Assembly: GCA_965219995.1 (NCBI GenBank)
Contig: CBDCOX010000002.1
Span: 32,001 to 96,000, forward strand
Direction: 5' to 3'
DNA length: 64,000 bases
Source of the DNA: Candidatus Latescibacterota bacterium
GTDB taxonomy: Bacteria; Latescibacterota; UBA2968; GCA-2709665
In this document: positions 31,718 through 41,772 of the stretch, one piece after another
Numbering within the stretch: position 1 is the stretch's first letter
Layout of the letters: each line of letters begins with the position of its first letter
Notes under the pieces: model-generated
The model's input: the letters and a program-made list of their open reading frames with translations, nothing else
What the model was told of the DNA's origin: nothing
Databases searched by the model: none
Made by a program: the position numbers and the translations under genes

Positions 31718-32407
31718 TCAGAACAGTTCCGCCTCCTTCATGCTCAGAAACCGCTCCGCGCCAAGAATGATGTGGTCCAGCACCTCGATGCCCATAATCT
31801 CTCCGGCCTGCACCATCCGACGCGTCAGTTCGATGTCCTCACGGCTCGGCGTCACGTCCCCCGACGGGTGGTTGTGCGCCAGGATGACGCTGGCGGCGCT
31901 CGTGCCCACGGCGGGGAAGAACACCTCCCGGGGATGAACCAGCGACGCGTTCAGCGACCCCACCGACACCTCCTCCCGGCAGATGACCTGGTTGCGGGCA
32001 TTCAGAAAGACCGCCACGAAATGCTCTTTCCTGCGATCCTTGATCTCCGCCAGCAGCCCCACCGCGTCCGCGGGCTTCGTGATGGAGGGCTCGATGCCCA
32101 TGCCCTGGTTCAGCGCCCGTCGCGACAGTTCGAATCCGGCCACGAGGCCGGCCGCCTTCGCCCTGCCGATGCCCTTGATGCCCGTCAGTTCCGCCAGGCC
32201 CATCGCCATGAGCGACTGGAGCGCATGCTGTTTCAGGATCTCACCGGCAACCTCCAGCACGTTCCTGCCTTCATAGCCCGTACGCAGAAGGACTGCCAGC
32301 AGTTCCTCGTTCCTCAGCGCTTCGGCGCCAAGCCGTTCCAGTTTCTCACGCGGCAGGTCCACGTCCGCGACACCGTCGATACCTCTGCCTCGTGCCAGCG
32401 TTTCCAT
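31718..32407 (-). CDS. radC: RadC/UPF0758 JAB domain protein
   Basis: PREKL..G..L..ELLAVLLRTG, GIGRAKA, VHPREVF, HNHPSGD..PS.ED, LDHII. Confidence 0.95.
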   Translation of the reverse strand: METLARGRGIDGVADVDLPREKLERLGAEALRNEELLAVLLRTGYEGRNVLEVAGEILKQHALQSLMAMGLAELTGIKGIGRAKAAGLVAGFELSRRALNQGMGIEPSITKPADAVGLLAEIKDRRKEHFVAVFLNARNQVICREEVSVGSLNASLVHPREVFFPAVGTSAASVILAHNHPSGDVTPSREDIELTRRMVQAGEIMGIEVLDHIILGAERFLSMKEAELF

Positions 32408-32478
32408 ACGGTCGGATCCCCGGTTGAAGTGAAACAAATAAAAAAGTTACCAGCGGTCAGCAATTCGCGGGTGTGAGG

Positions 32479-32570
32479 GTGGGGCAGACATTCCTGTCTG
32501 CCGCCGTCAATGCCCTTCTGCCGAAATGCAGACAGAAGAACGGCATGGGCGACCGGCCGGTCGCCCCTAC
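32479..32570. repeat. Pair of REP-like palindromes
   Basis: GTGG-GGCAGACA-TTCC-TGTCTGCC and GGGCGACCGGCCGGTCGCCC-CTAC (GTAG foot on the minus strand). Confidence 0.6.
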
Positions 32571-32723
32571 GCTTAAAGCAAACTCCGTTCCTGGAGAACG
32601 ACAAACGTCAGTTCCCGTCCAAATCGCGGCACCCCGCCATGTCGCAGCACCATTCTGCAGGCGCGGGCCGTTCATTCTGTTCAATGCTGTGGAATCGCAG
32701 GGAAAGATTCGTCCATACGAGCA

Positions 32724-33932
32724 ATGAACGCGAGAATCGGGTATAAGAAAAAGAATTCCGAAAAACGCCGACCCTTTGGTTATATTTCGAACCGTGCATC
32801 GTTCGACCTGAAACTTTCGCTTCAGGAGGCATTTGTGGACGCGAATCAAGCGGTGAGCCTGTTCGAGCAGAACTGGTTTCTGCGCAACGATGAGAGGCTG
32901 GATCTCACCGGAACGGAACGGCAGTTCATCTCGGCGGCGATGGGACCGGCGCCGAAGCGATGGGACGGGGAGCCCGACGTCTGCCGGATGACGGAGTTGC
33001 TTGCCGCGGCGCCGGCGGTGCTCGACCGCATTGGCGCGCGGTTGCTGACGGTGCTGGTTGGCATGAGAGGATGCGGGCCGGCCGTTACATTCCTCCTCGA
33101 ACAGGGTGTCCCGCTGGAGATCGACAGGACGTCGTACAACGTGCTGCACGAAGCGGCCTGGGGAGGGATGGTCGATACGTTGCAGGCGGTCTTTCAATCG
33201 GGCGTTGCGGACGCGACGTGTGTCTCGGTAAAGAAGCCCCACGTCGGATGGCCCGATAACCTGTCGCTTATGTACTGGGCCGCCGCGGGCGGATACGCCG
33301 AATGCGCCGAACTCCTTATTCGATACGGCGCCGGCGTTCACCATGAATTGCAGATAAAGGGCAACGGCGAGCGTGGAACGACGTCCCTTCAGGAGGCCGT
33401 CGCGTCCGGACGTGAGGAGGGCTCAAAGCTGGAAGGCAGGCTTGCGGTTGCGCGAATCCTCATCGAAGACGGCGCATACTATGACGTGTATTCCGCGTGC
33501 GCCCTGGACGATACGTCCCGGCTGAAGGAACTCATCGACCGGAATCCGGGGGCCGCCACCGGCGCCGATGCGTACGCAATGACGCCGCTGCATTGGGCGG
33601 TCCGGGCCGGATCGATGGCTTGCACGAAGAACATGCTGGCGTGCGGCGCCGTCGTCGACGCCCGGAACAAGGCAGGTCGGACCCCGCTTCAACTGGCGGC
33701 CGAGGCAGACCGGGCGGAGATGATTCGACTGCTCGCAGAGCAAGGCGCCGACCTCAACACGCAGGACAGGAAAGGACGCACCCCGCTCCATCGTGCGATG
33801 TATGAAGGCCGCGTGCGCGCCGCCGAAGCGCTGCTCGAGTCCGGCGCCGACCCGACGGTGCTGAACAAGAATGGCAAGAACGCCTTCGAAGTCGCCAGGA
33901 AGGAAGCGAAGAGGTTCAGAGAGCGGGTGTGA
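32724..33932 (+). CDS. Ankyrin repeat protein (start uncertain)
   Basis: Repeated TPLHWA, GRTPLQLAA, GRTPLHRA..GAD motifs. Confidence 0.88.
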   Translation: MNARIGYKKKNSEKRRPFGYISNRASFDLKLSLQEAFVDANQAVSLFEQNWFLRNDERLDLTGTERQFISAAMGPAPKRWDGEPDVCRMTELLAAAPAVLDRIGARLLTVLVGMRGCGPAVTFLLEQGVPLEIDRTSYNVLHEAAWGGMVDTLQAVFQSGVADATCVSVKKPHVGWPDNLSLMYWAAAGGYAECAELLIRYGAGVHHELQIKGNGERGTTSLQEAVASGREEGSKLEGRLAVARILIEDGAYYDVYSACALDDTSRLKELIDRNPGAATGADAYAMTPLHWAVRAGSMACTKNMLACGAVVDARNKAGRTPLQLAAEADRAEMIRLLAEQGADLNTQDRKGRTPLHRAMYEGRVRAAEALLESGADPTVLNKNGKNAFEVARKEAKRFRERV

Positions 33933-34021
33933 GATCCGGGAAATGTCGCCGGGATTGCGCCGCGGGGGAACCGCGGTCGTAAATCGAACAGTATGGTGAA
34001 ATCGAAAGCTGCGTGAAATAG

Positions 34022-35041
34022 GTGTCTATGTCGCCTGAGACAACGGATAATTCGCTGATCCGGGTCGAAAACGTCACCAAGACCTTCAAGAGACAGAAGA
34101 GAAAGGAGGGTCTTCAGGGGGCAATACAGGGACTCTTCAGCAGGCAATATGAGACCGTTACGGCCGTGGACGATGTCACGTTCGAGATCGCAAGGGGGGA
34201 GGTGGTGGGTTACATCGGTCCCAATGGCGCCGGTAAATCCACAACGATCAAAATGCTGGTGGGCATCCTCGTACCAACCTCCGGGAACATCCGTGTCCGC
34301 GGGCTGGTGCCTCACGAGAACCGAATCGAAAACGCCGGCCGTATGGGTGTCGTGTTCGGCCAGAGAACCCAGCTCTGGTGGGATATCCCGGTTTCAGAGT
34401 CATTCCGGCTCATGAGATACATGTACAAAATTCCACCGGAACGATTTCGGAAGAACCTGGGGTTATTCTCTGAAATCCTTGGCCTGGAGGAGTTTATCAA
34501 TACGCCAGTCAGGCAGCTCAGCCTCGGGCAGCGAATGAGGTCGGACATCTGCGCGGCGCTCCTGCACGATCCTGCGATTGTCTATCTCGACGAACCAACC
34601 ATCGGTCTGGACGTTGTGGTCAAGGAGAACATCAGGGATTTCATCAAAGAGATAAACCGGGAGCGTGACACCACGGTCATCCTGACCACCCATGATATGT
34701 CCGACATTGAGAAGCTCTGTACGCGCGTGATGGTGATCGACAGCGGCAGCATCATGTACGACGGCAACCTGCAGCAACTGAAAGAGCGATTCGGAATGGA
34801 CGAGACGCTTGATGTAGAAACGGAAGCGCCAGTTTCCGACCCGGACGATCTATACCAACTCGGGGTCTCGGAATTTCAACAGGACGGTAGCAAGTTATCC
34901 ATAAAATACAATAAGGCGACAGTCAACTCCACAACCGTAATCGGCTGGGTCATGGAACGACGTCGCGTGAGGGACTTTGTCGTCAGAGAGACTGAGATTG
35001 ATGAAGTCATCAGAAGGATGTACCTGGCCAGATCCAGTTGA
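34022..35041 (+). CDS. ABC transporter ATP-binding protein
   Basis: GPNGAGKST, LSLGQRMR, LDEPTIGLD, TTH. Confidence 0.95.
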   Translation: MSMSPETTDNSLIRVENVTKTFKRQKRKEGLQGAIQGLFSRQYETVTAVDDVTFEIARGEVVGYIGPNGAGKSTTIKMLVGILVPTSGNIRVRGLVPHENRIENAGRMGVVFGQRTQLWWDIPVSESFRLMRYMYKIPPERFRKNLGLFSEILGLEEFINTPVRQLSLGQRMRSDICAALLHDPAIVYLDEPTIGLDVVVKENIRDFIKEINRERDTTVILTTHDMSDIEKLCTRVMVIDSGSIMYDGNLQQLKERFGMDETLDVETEAPVSDPDDLYQLGVSEFQQDGSKLSIKYNKATVNSTTVIGWVMERRRVRDFVVRETEIDEVIRRMYLARSS

Positions 35042-35064
35042 ACCGGCTCACAGGCGGCCATGAT

Positions 35065-35865
35065 ATGAAAGTCTACATTGAATTTCTAAAGAACGCTTTC
35101 CAGTCCAATCTTGCCTACAAGATGAATGTATTCCTGAGCCTGGTCAGTTCTATCGTCGTTCTTCTGGTACAGATCTATTTCTGGCGCGCGCTGTTTCAGG
35201 ATATCGGTCAGACACAGACGAACATGGGGGTCATCAGCTTTCGGGACATGGTCACGTACACGCTTGTCAGCACCGGAATCTCCATCGCCATCAGCACGAC
35301 GACTGTGTTCAAAGTCAATGACAGAATCAGGACTGGAGAAATCGCAATGGACCTCATCAAGCCGGTGAGTCTGAAAGGCATGTTGTTTTGCGATGCGCTC
35401 GGAAACAACGGCTTCAGGATGGTTTTCCAGTTGACGCCGTTTCTGATCGTTGGCATCCTGATGTTCGGCATTCGCATACCCTCCGTACCGTATCTTGTCC
35501 TGTTCGTGATATCCGCGATCAACGGTATGATGATTTATTTTTCGATCAGCTATTTGATTGGACTGATCGGATTTTGGTTTCTTGCCGTGGCATCATTGAG
35601 CATGCTGTTCAATGTTCTGATCAACGTATTCTCGGGGGAAATGGTACCGTTGTGGTTCTTCCCTGAATTCCTGTACGAACTTTCCGTCTTCCTCCCGTTC
35701 CGTCTCATCTATTTTGCACCGCTGGCGATATTTCTGGAGAAAACAGTCCTTGCCGACGCGATCGGCATTGTCCTGCAGCAATTCCTTTGGATCGGAATTC
35801 TGGCGGGAATTGAAAGAATATTGTGGATGAGAGCAGTGAGAAAGCTGGTCATACAGGGCGGTTGA
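35065..35865 (+). CDS. ABC-2 family permease (DUF990-like)
   Basis: IRTGEIAMDLIKP, SGEMVPLWFFP, C-terminal VIQGG. Confidence 0.9.
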   Translation: MKVYIEFLKNAFQSNLAYKMNVFLSLVSSIVVLLVQIYFWRALFQDIGQTQTNMGVISFRDMVTYTLVSTGISIAISTTTVFKVNDRIRTGEIAMDLIKPVSLKGMLFCDALGNNGFRMVFQLTPFLIVGILMFGIRIPSVPYLVLFVISAINGMMIYFSISYLIGLIGFWFLAVASLSMLFNVLINVFSGEMVPLWFFPEFLYELSVFLPFRLIYFAPLAIFLEKTVLADAIGIVLQQFLWIGILAGIERILWMRAVRKLVIQGG

Positions 35866-35866
35866 G

Positions 35867-36688
35867 ATGGACAACTTAAGATTGTACGGACGATTCCTGG
35901 TCGTCTACCTGAAGACCCTGATCGAATACAGATTTAACTTTTTTGCCTCACAGATCATCACGATCGTTGTGTATCTGATCAGCTTCCTGGGCGTATGGAT
36001 TGTTCTGAATAAGTTCAAAATCATACACGGATGGAATTTCTATGAGATCATGCTGCTGTACAATCTCAATCTCTTTTCGTACGGCGCAAGCAGTCTGTTT
36101 TTCCGTGGACCCATGCGCCGTCTGGAGTATATGGTTCAGGAAGGTTCATTCGACAGTATTTTGATCTATCCGATGAACCCTTTCGCGAACTTGATCTGTC
36201 GCGATTTCAGTCATAGTTTCATGGCCCATATGGTCCTGGGCGTCGTATTTTTTTATATCTGTTTCGAAAACCTGAGCATTGTGTGGACGTGGATGAACGT
36301 GGTCTGGTTCGGGCTGGTGCTGATTGGCGCTACGTTGATCCAGGCGGCGATCATGGTACTGACAGGGACGATGAGCTTCTGGTTTGTGAGGTCGGCGGCA
36401 GTTGTCGATACGGCGATTTACGGTTTGAGGAGGTTTGTCAACTATCCTCTCGGCATGTACGACAAATGGGTGCAGGTACTCCTGACTTTCGTCATCCCCT
36501 ACGGCTTTGTTGCCTATTTCCCTGCTGAGCATTTCTTGAACAAATCGGACGCTCCATTGTTCCATGGGATCACGCTGTTCGATCCGTTGTTCCAGTACGG
36601 GACCCCCCTGATCGGCATTGCGAGCTTCTTCCTGGCGTACAGACTCTGGTGTGTCGGCATCAACAGATACGAGAGTACAGGGTCGTAG
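35867..36688 (+). CDS. ABC-2 family permease (DUF990-like)
   Basis: EYRFNF, GWNFYE, GSFDSILIYP, YP..Y, C-terminal YESTGS. Confidence 0.9.
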   Translation: MDNLRLYGRFLVVYLKTLIEYRFNFFASQIITIVVYLISFLGVWIVLNKFKIIHGWNFYEIMLLYNLNLFSYGASSLFFRGPMRRLEYMVQEGSFDSILIYPMNPFANLICRDFSHSFMAHMVLGVVFFYICFENLSIVWTWMNVVWFGLVLIGATLIQAAIMVLTGTMSFWFVRSAAVVDTAIYGLRRFVNYPLGMYDKWVQVLLTFVIPYGFVAYFPAEHFLNKSDAPLFHGITLFDPLFQYGTPLIGIASFFLAYRLWCVGINRYESTGS

Positions 36689-36709
36689 TTTCCTGCGGGC
36701 TGTGAAAAT

Positions 36710-37765
36710 ATGCTGCGTACTTCCAAATACGTTCTGCGCTTCCTCGCGGCCATTCTGGCCGTCGTCGCAGTTCTATGGTTTGTGGAAATCGACCAGGTGG
36801 CAAAGGGCACAGGAAGAATCGTACCCGAGAGAGAAACCTGGATCAGCGGGCTCGTCGAAGCGCAGATCGCAAAGGTCTATGTGGAGGAGGGTCAACTGGT
36901 GGCGGCAGGAGATTCCCTGATTGCGTTCAAGAGCGACATTGCTGAATCGCGGCTCACCGTTGCAAGACGAGCCTACGAGCGTTCCGTGGCCGAGCGGGAG
37001 GCCGCGAGGGCCACGCTCCAGGCCGTTGAGGCGTCGCCTCCCGAACAGGAACTGAAAGGTCTCAGTAGTGAATTGGAAGCAATGAAGGAGAAATCTCGAT
37101 TGGCGAACTGGCAGTTGAAGATGGCACACCGATTATTCGATCACGGCGGGCTTGTCAGCGCTGACGATCTGGAGAAAGCCAGGTCAGATTCGATCCTCGC
37201 CACGATGCATATCGAGAAATCGTTGTCAGCGTTGGAGCTGTTGAAGTCAGGGCCGATAACTCCCCTGCGCAAGAAGGCGTTCTTTACGTTCAAGGCGAGG
37301 GATGCGGAAGTAGCCGAAGCTGAAGCCGCATACAACATGGTTCGCCGGGAAATGGGGCGCTATACACTGCGGGCGCCCGGACCGGGACGGATCCTGATGG
37401 TCCTGCGCAAGGCGGGCGGGGTTCCCTCCGTGGGCGATACGCTGATGTTGATCGGATCGGAGGATCCTGTGTTGGCCGAGTGCCACGTTCCGGCGGAGTT
37501 CGCTCCGTGGATCAGGCGAGGACAGGAAGTCAATCTCTGGCCGCAGTGGGAAAGTTCATTTGAATTCTCGGGGCAGGTACAGTCGGTGCGGCGCTATGTG
37601 CAGCGAAAGGGATATCCCTCCGTACGCGTCCTTGTGAGGATCGATTCGGCGCCCCCCCTTGTTCCCGGGAACCGACTCGTGGCCGAAGTAAAGCTGCGCC
37701 GCGCCAGTGTTCTTGAGTTGATTCTGTTTCCATTTGACTGGTCAATCGCCGGCGGATCGGAGTGA
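36710..37765 (+). CDS. HlyD family periplasmic adaptor
   Basis: N-terminal TM, VEEGQLVAAGDSL, coiled coil, LRAPGPGRI. Confidence 0.8.
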   Translation: MLRTSKYVLRFLAAILAVVAVLWFVEIDQVAKGTGRIVPERETWISGLVEAQIAKVYVEEGQLVAAGDSLIAFKSDIAESRLTVARRAYERSVAEREAARATLQAVEASPPEQELKGLSSELEAMKEKSRLANWQLKMAHRLFDHGGLVSADDLEKARSDSILATMHIEKSLSALELLKSGPITPLRKKAFFTFKARDAEVAEAEAAYNMVRREMGRYTLRAPGPGRILMVLRKAGGVPSVGDTLMLIGSEDPVLAECHVPAEFAPWIRRGQEVNLWPQWESSFEFSGQVQSVRRYVQRKGYPSVRVLVRIDSAPPLVPGNRLVAEVKLRRASVLELILFPFDWSIAGGSE

Positions 37766-37769
37766 CTCG

Positions 37770-39008
37770 CTAATCGCTGAAGACCTCGCTGGCGCCGGAC
37801 AGGAGGTTTTGGAGACGGTCGCCGGCCTTCATCACGCCTCGGATCCGCCGCAGGCAGGCCACGTCCTCCAGGGGGTTCCCGTCCACCGCGATGACGTCTG
37901 CCAGAAAACCCGGAGCGAGGCGCCCCAGCCGATCCGCCATTCCCAGCATATCGGCCGTATTCGTAGTCACGGCCCTGATCGCGTCGACGGTTGAGACGCC
38001 GAGGTCCGCCATCGCCCGGGCCTCTCGCCACAACGTCGCGTGCGTACTGTCGGTTCCGAGGCAGACTTTCACCCCGGCCAGAACGGCTTCCGGGAGATGG
38101 CGCGCCGTGCGTTCCCTGGCGCGTTCCACGCGCCGCCGCCACCAGTCCATGCCCCAGGTCTCGAAGGACTCGAATCCAACCTCCCGGTCGAAGAAAAGCT
38201 GGAGATTGGGGTCGCTCAGGTACGCGCCGGACTTGACGAACAGGTTTACGTCTTCGGCCTCGAGCAGATTGGCGTGTTCGATACTGTCGATCCCCGCATC
38301 CATGGCCCATCGCATCGCCGGGCCGCCGATCGCGTGCGCGGCCACAGGAACGCCCAGGTCGTGCGAGACGCCGATGGCCGCCTCGATCTCTTCCCGCGAA
38401 TAGGCCGCCACGTCGGTAAGGTCGCCCCGCAGATAGTCCTCGAACGTATCGCCGACTCTCACGTTGGTGATGAATAGTTTCGTCCAGTCCGCCCCTTCCG
38501 ACACGTTTTCACGGATCCGCGCCGCGAGTTCCGCTTCGCCGTCGGCCGGATGGGAAAGAAAGGGCGCCGTGCCGTTCGCCGGTCGCAGCGCCCGTACGCA
38601 GACCTTCAGCCGGGGTCCCGCGGCCTCTTTTCGTCGGATGGCCTCCCGGAACGGCTTTTCGACGCCCGCGCGGTCTCCGAGCGTCCGCATGGTGGTCACG
38701 CCTGCGGCCAGGTCGCTTCTGAGATTCATCGCTCCACGAAGGACCGCGGTTGCGGGATCCAGCTCGAAATGAACGTTCAGCGGAACGCGGAAGCGGTTGT
38801 TGGCCGTAATGTGGGCGTGGGCGTCGATCAGGGCCGGCATCACCGTCCAGGAGGACCAGTCCAGCGTCTCCCACGTTGGATCCACGTTCAGGGTCGCCGG
38901 CGCGCCCGCGTCCAGAACGCGGGCGCCATTGAGGATCACGACCCCGCCCGGAATCGCCGGCACGTCCGGGTCTGCGACGAGAAGCTTCGACTTGATCAGG
39001 GTCGGCAT
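37770..39008 (-). CDS. Amidohydrolase family protein
   Basis: MPALIDAHAH, GVTTMR, AAHA, SIEH, GTDS, GRLAPGFLADVIAVDGNP. Confidence 0.92.
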   Translation of the reverse strand: MPTLIKSKLLVADPDVPAIPGGVVILNGARVLDAGAPATLNVDPTWETLDWSSWTVMPALIDAHAHITANNRFRVPLNVHFELDPATAVLRGAMNLRSDLAAGVTTMRTLGDRAGVEKPFREAIRRKEAAGPRLKVCVRALRPANGTAPFLSHPADGEAELAARIRENVSEGADWTKLFITNVRVGDTFEDYLRGDLTDVAAYSREEIEAAIGVSHDLGVPVAAHAIGGPAMRWAMDAGIDSIEHANLLEAEDVNLFVKSGAYLSDPNLQLFFDREVGFESFETWGMDWWRRRVERARERTARHLPEAVLAGVKVCLGTDSTHATLWREARAMADLGVSTVDAIRAVTTNTADMLGMADRLGRLAPGFLADVIAVDGNPLEDVACLRRIRGVMKAGDRLQNLLSGASEVFSD

Positions 39009-39040
39009 AGGCGGTCGGGTGCGCTCTTCGGATGCCGGGG

Positions 39041-39979
39041 TCAGACTCGGACAAGCTTGCGGAAACTGCGCATTTCTCTTGGCGGGACCATTTGCGAACC
39101 GAATGCGCTCCAGGACACTTCGCCGACGTAGATATCGCCTCGCGAGTCCACGGCAACCCCGTGCGGCGCCGTAAACTGGCCGGGACCCTCGCCTGCCCGC
39201 GGGTCTCCCAGCCGGGCGAGACGCCTGCCCGTCAGGTCGTGAACGCTCACGCACGAACCCACGTTCGGATAGGTTGCGTTGACCTCAAGCTGGGTCGGCA
39301 GTTGTCCGATATAGACGAGGTCGTTGTCGATATGCAGCCCGCACGGTCGGTGAAGGTTGTTCCACTGCGTGAGAAAATCGCCCTGCGGATCGAACACCTG
39401 TACCCGGTGGTTTTCCCGGTCGGCAATATAGACCGATCCGCGGCTGTCGGTGCAGACGCTGTGGACCAGGTTGAACTGCCCGGGATCGGTTCCGTAGTCT
39501 CCCCAGGAGAAGAGATGTTCGCCCGCCGGCGAGTACTTGTGCACCCGCGCGTTGCCGTAGCCGTCCGAGATGTAGAGGTCTCCCGTGGACGGGTCGAAGG
39601 CCACCTTCGTGGGCTGATTGAACGGCGCTCCGCTCTGGTCCGGGGCGCTCCGGCCGGGGGTCCCGATGACCATCAGGACCTCGCCTTCGAGCGTGCATTT
39701 GCGTACACAGTGGCCCTGGTCGTCCACGCAATAGAGCATCCCGTCGGGACCCAGGGTGAGGCCATGGGGGCGTACGAACAGGCCCTCGCCCCAGGAACCC
39801 AGGAATCGTCCGTCCCGCTCGAACACGATGACCGGATGTTCGCCACGGTTGAACACGTACACCCGGTCGTCCGAATCCACCGCCATGTCCACGACCTCTT
39901 TGAACCGCCAGCCGTCTGGCAGACGCGCCCAATCGGTTTGTTCTTCAAACTGATATTCACCGCTGCCGAGAAGAGCCAT
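39041..39979 (-). CDS. NHL-repeat protein (peptidyl-alpha-hydroxyglycine lyase-like)
   Basis: FVRPHG, FNQPT, DGYGNARVHK, ADRENHRVQVF, FTAPHG. Confidence 0.9.
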   Translation of the reverse strand: MALLGSGEYQFEEQTDWARLPDGWRFKEVVDMAVDSDDRVYVFNRGEHPVIVFERDGRFLGSWGEGLFVRPHGLTLGPDGMLYCVDDQGHCVRKCTLEGEVLMVIGTPGRSAPDQSGAPFNQPTKVAFDPSTGDLYISDGYGNARVHKYSPAGEHLFSWGDYGTDPGQFNLVHSVCTDSRGSVYIADRENHRVQVFDPQGDFLTQWNNLHRPCGLHIDNDLVYIGQLPTQLEVNATYPNVGSCVSVHDLTGRRLARLGDPRAGEGPGQFTAPHGVAVDSRGDIYVGEVSWSAFGSQMVPPREMRSFRKLVRV

Positions 39980-40285
39980 AAAGTGCTCCTGTTTGTCCGG
40001 GTTAATGGATGACCCGACCGATCCGGTCGGGCGAATCCGGGGATCGCAAGGTACTGCGACGTTGCTCGGATTTCTCAGACGATCCGACCGGTGTCCAGTA
40101 TACGCCTCCGCGTTCGGGCGTGTCAACAGGAACGCACGCCGGCGCTGTTCGTCGGGTCGCCTGCGCCGTTGGTCTACAACGCACAATTTGCTTGTCTGCA
40201 ACCATACACCGCGCTATCTTTTCCCGCAGGAAGAACGAGCAATGCGTGGGTTGAGCAGACCGACACACATCCGGAGTCCGAAACC

Positions 40286-40591
40286 ATGCACATTTCTCCC
40301 GTTCACGTGGCCTTCCGGGGTTTTCATCTCGATCTCGCGGATGCCAGAATCCTGGACTGCATCCATCAGGGGCTGAGCGCGGGAAAGGTGAAGCGTCCCG
40401 CGTTCACGCGCTGGCCCGGGAGCGAACCGATCTCCGTCCAGATCGGCGAGTCGCACATGGTGAACTGGAGGCGCCAGTTCGAAGACGGCGTGTGCGTGGA
40501 CATCCCCGATGAAACGGCGCGAGCGCTGGACGATATCCTGGGCGTACCGGACATTCCTCCCCGCAGCCCTGCCCCTCCGGGGGAGACGTAA
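40286..40591 (+). CDS. Hypothetical protein
   Basis: GGAG RBS before ATG; protein-like composition; no recognised motif. Confidence 0.5.
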   Translation: MHISPVHVAFRGFHLDLADARILDCIHQGLSAGKVKRPAFTRWPGSEPISVQIGESHMVNWRRQFEDGVCVDIPDETARALDDILGVPDIPPRSPAPPGET

Positions 40592-40748
40592 GACGGGAGT
40601 CGGGAGAGATTGTTCGCCCCGTGGGATTTCATTTTATGCCGTAGGCATTAGGGAAATTCCAATCGGGCAAGGATGTCATCTACCGTCTAACGTCTACCCT
40701 CTTACCGCTTTCAGGTCTTTCATCTACCCTCTCCCGTCTCCCCGTCTG
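40582..40748. repeat. Family C 7-mer-periodic inverted repeat element
   Basis: GAGACGTAAGACGGGAGTCGGGAGAG facing TCTACCGTCTAACGTCTACCCTC and CCCTCTCCCGTCTCCCGTCT; shares GAGACGTAAGACGG with the 31371 element. Confidence 0.6.
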
Positions 40749-40822
40749 TCGAAAGGCGAAGGGAACAGGTGAGGTTTGAGGGGTGGGGAGATTCCCCCTC
40801 CAATCTGCAAAAGGAGCCTGAA

Positions 40823-41632
40823 ATGGACGATGAAGAGAGATATTTCTTCGATCTCAACGGCTATCTCGTGGTTGAGAACGCGCTCTCCTCCGAGGAAGTT
40901 GCCGCTTGCAACGAGGCCATAGACCGGAACGCCCACCGCATTCGCGAACGATCCGGCGAACAGTCCCTGTCCGGAAAATCCAGATCGCTGAAGGGTCTGC
41001 AGGGCCGCGGCGATCTCGGCGGGATGCTCACGTGGCCGAAGCCCTGGTGCCAGCCGTTCAGGGATCTTCTTGCCCATCCCTCGATCGTGCCGTACCTCAA
41101 CGAGGTGTTGCGCGAGGGCTTCCGCCTGGACCACGTCTACGGTATCATTATGCGCAAGGGCACGGAAGGACACGTGCTGCACGGCGGCGGCACCACGGAC
41201 GACCTGACCCATTTCTACCAGTTTCACAATGGCAGAATGCGCTGCGGCCTGACCGTTGTCGCATGGATGTTTACAGACTGCGGACCCGGGGACGGCGGCT
41301 TTTCATGTATTCCGGGGAGCCACAAATCGAATTATCCCACGCCCCGGGGCGTGGCCCTGCTGGACAGAGACATCGGCGTGGTGCGGCAGGTGGAAGCGAA
41401 AGCGGGTTCGGCCGTGATCTTCACCGAAGCCCTGACACACGGGACGATGCCGTGGACGGCCGACCACCAGCGGCGTTCCATCCTCTACAAATACTCGCCG
41501 GGCCCGCTGACGTATGCAAGCGTCTACGTGCCCGAGGGCGTGGATGAAGTGCTGGACGAGTTCACGCCCCGGCAGCGTGCCGTGCTGGAGCCGCCGTACC
41601 GCCCGGCCCGCCCGACCGTGTCCGCCGGCTGA
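40823..41632 (+). CDS. Phytanoyl-CoA dioxygenase (PhyH) family protein
   Basis: FDLNGYLVVENAL, LHGG, GGF..IPGSHK, FTEALTHG. Confidence 0.9.
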   Translation: MDDEERYFFDLNGYLVVENALSSEEVAACNEAIDRNAHRIRERSGEQSLSGKSRSLKGLQGRGDLGGMLTWPKPWCQPFRDLLAHPSIVPYLNEVLREGFRLDHVYGIIMRKGTEGHVLHGGGTTDDLTHFYQFHNGRMRCGLTVVAWMFTDCGPGDGGFSCIPGSHKSNYPTPRGVALLDRDIGVVRQVEAKAGSAVIFTEALTHGTMPWTADHQRRSILYKYSPGPLTYASVYVPEGVDEVLDEFTPRQRAVLEPPYRPARPTVSAG

Positions 41633-41705
41633 ACGTCGTCATTCCCGCCTCCCCGGCGCCGGTCGACGGGTTGACATTCGTGCAGTTCCGCATTGACCCA
41701 ATGCA

Positions 41706-41737
41706 GAAGCCCCGGTTGGATTCAACCGGGGCTTTCG
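41706..41737. terminator. Hairpin between convergent genes, probable terminator
   Basis: AAGCCCCGGTTG-GATT-CAACCGGGGCTT. Confidence 0.6.
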
Positions 41738-41772
41738 TACGTTCGGGATCTGCAACGGCGCCGGAACCGCCG

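Noticed and set aside
31718-32407. RadC JAB domain as the missing peptidase of the Ubl operon
   Set aside because: An ordinary full-length chromosomal radC 22 kb away with no contextual link.
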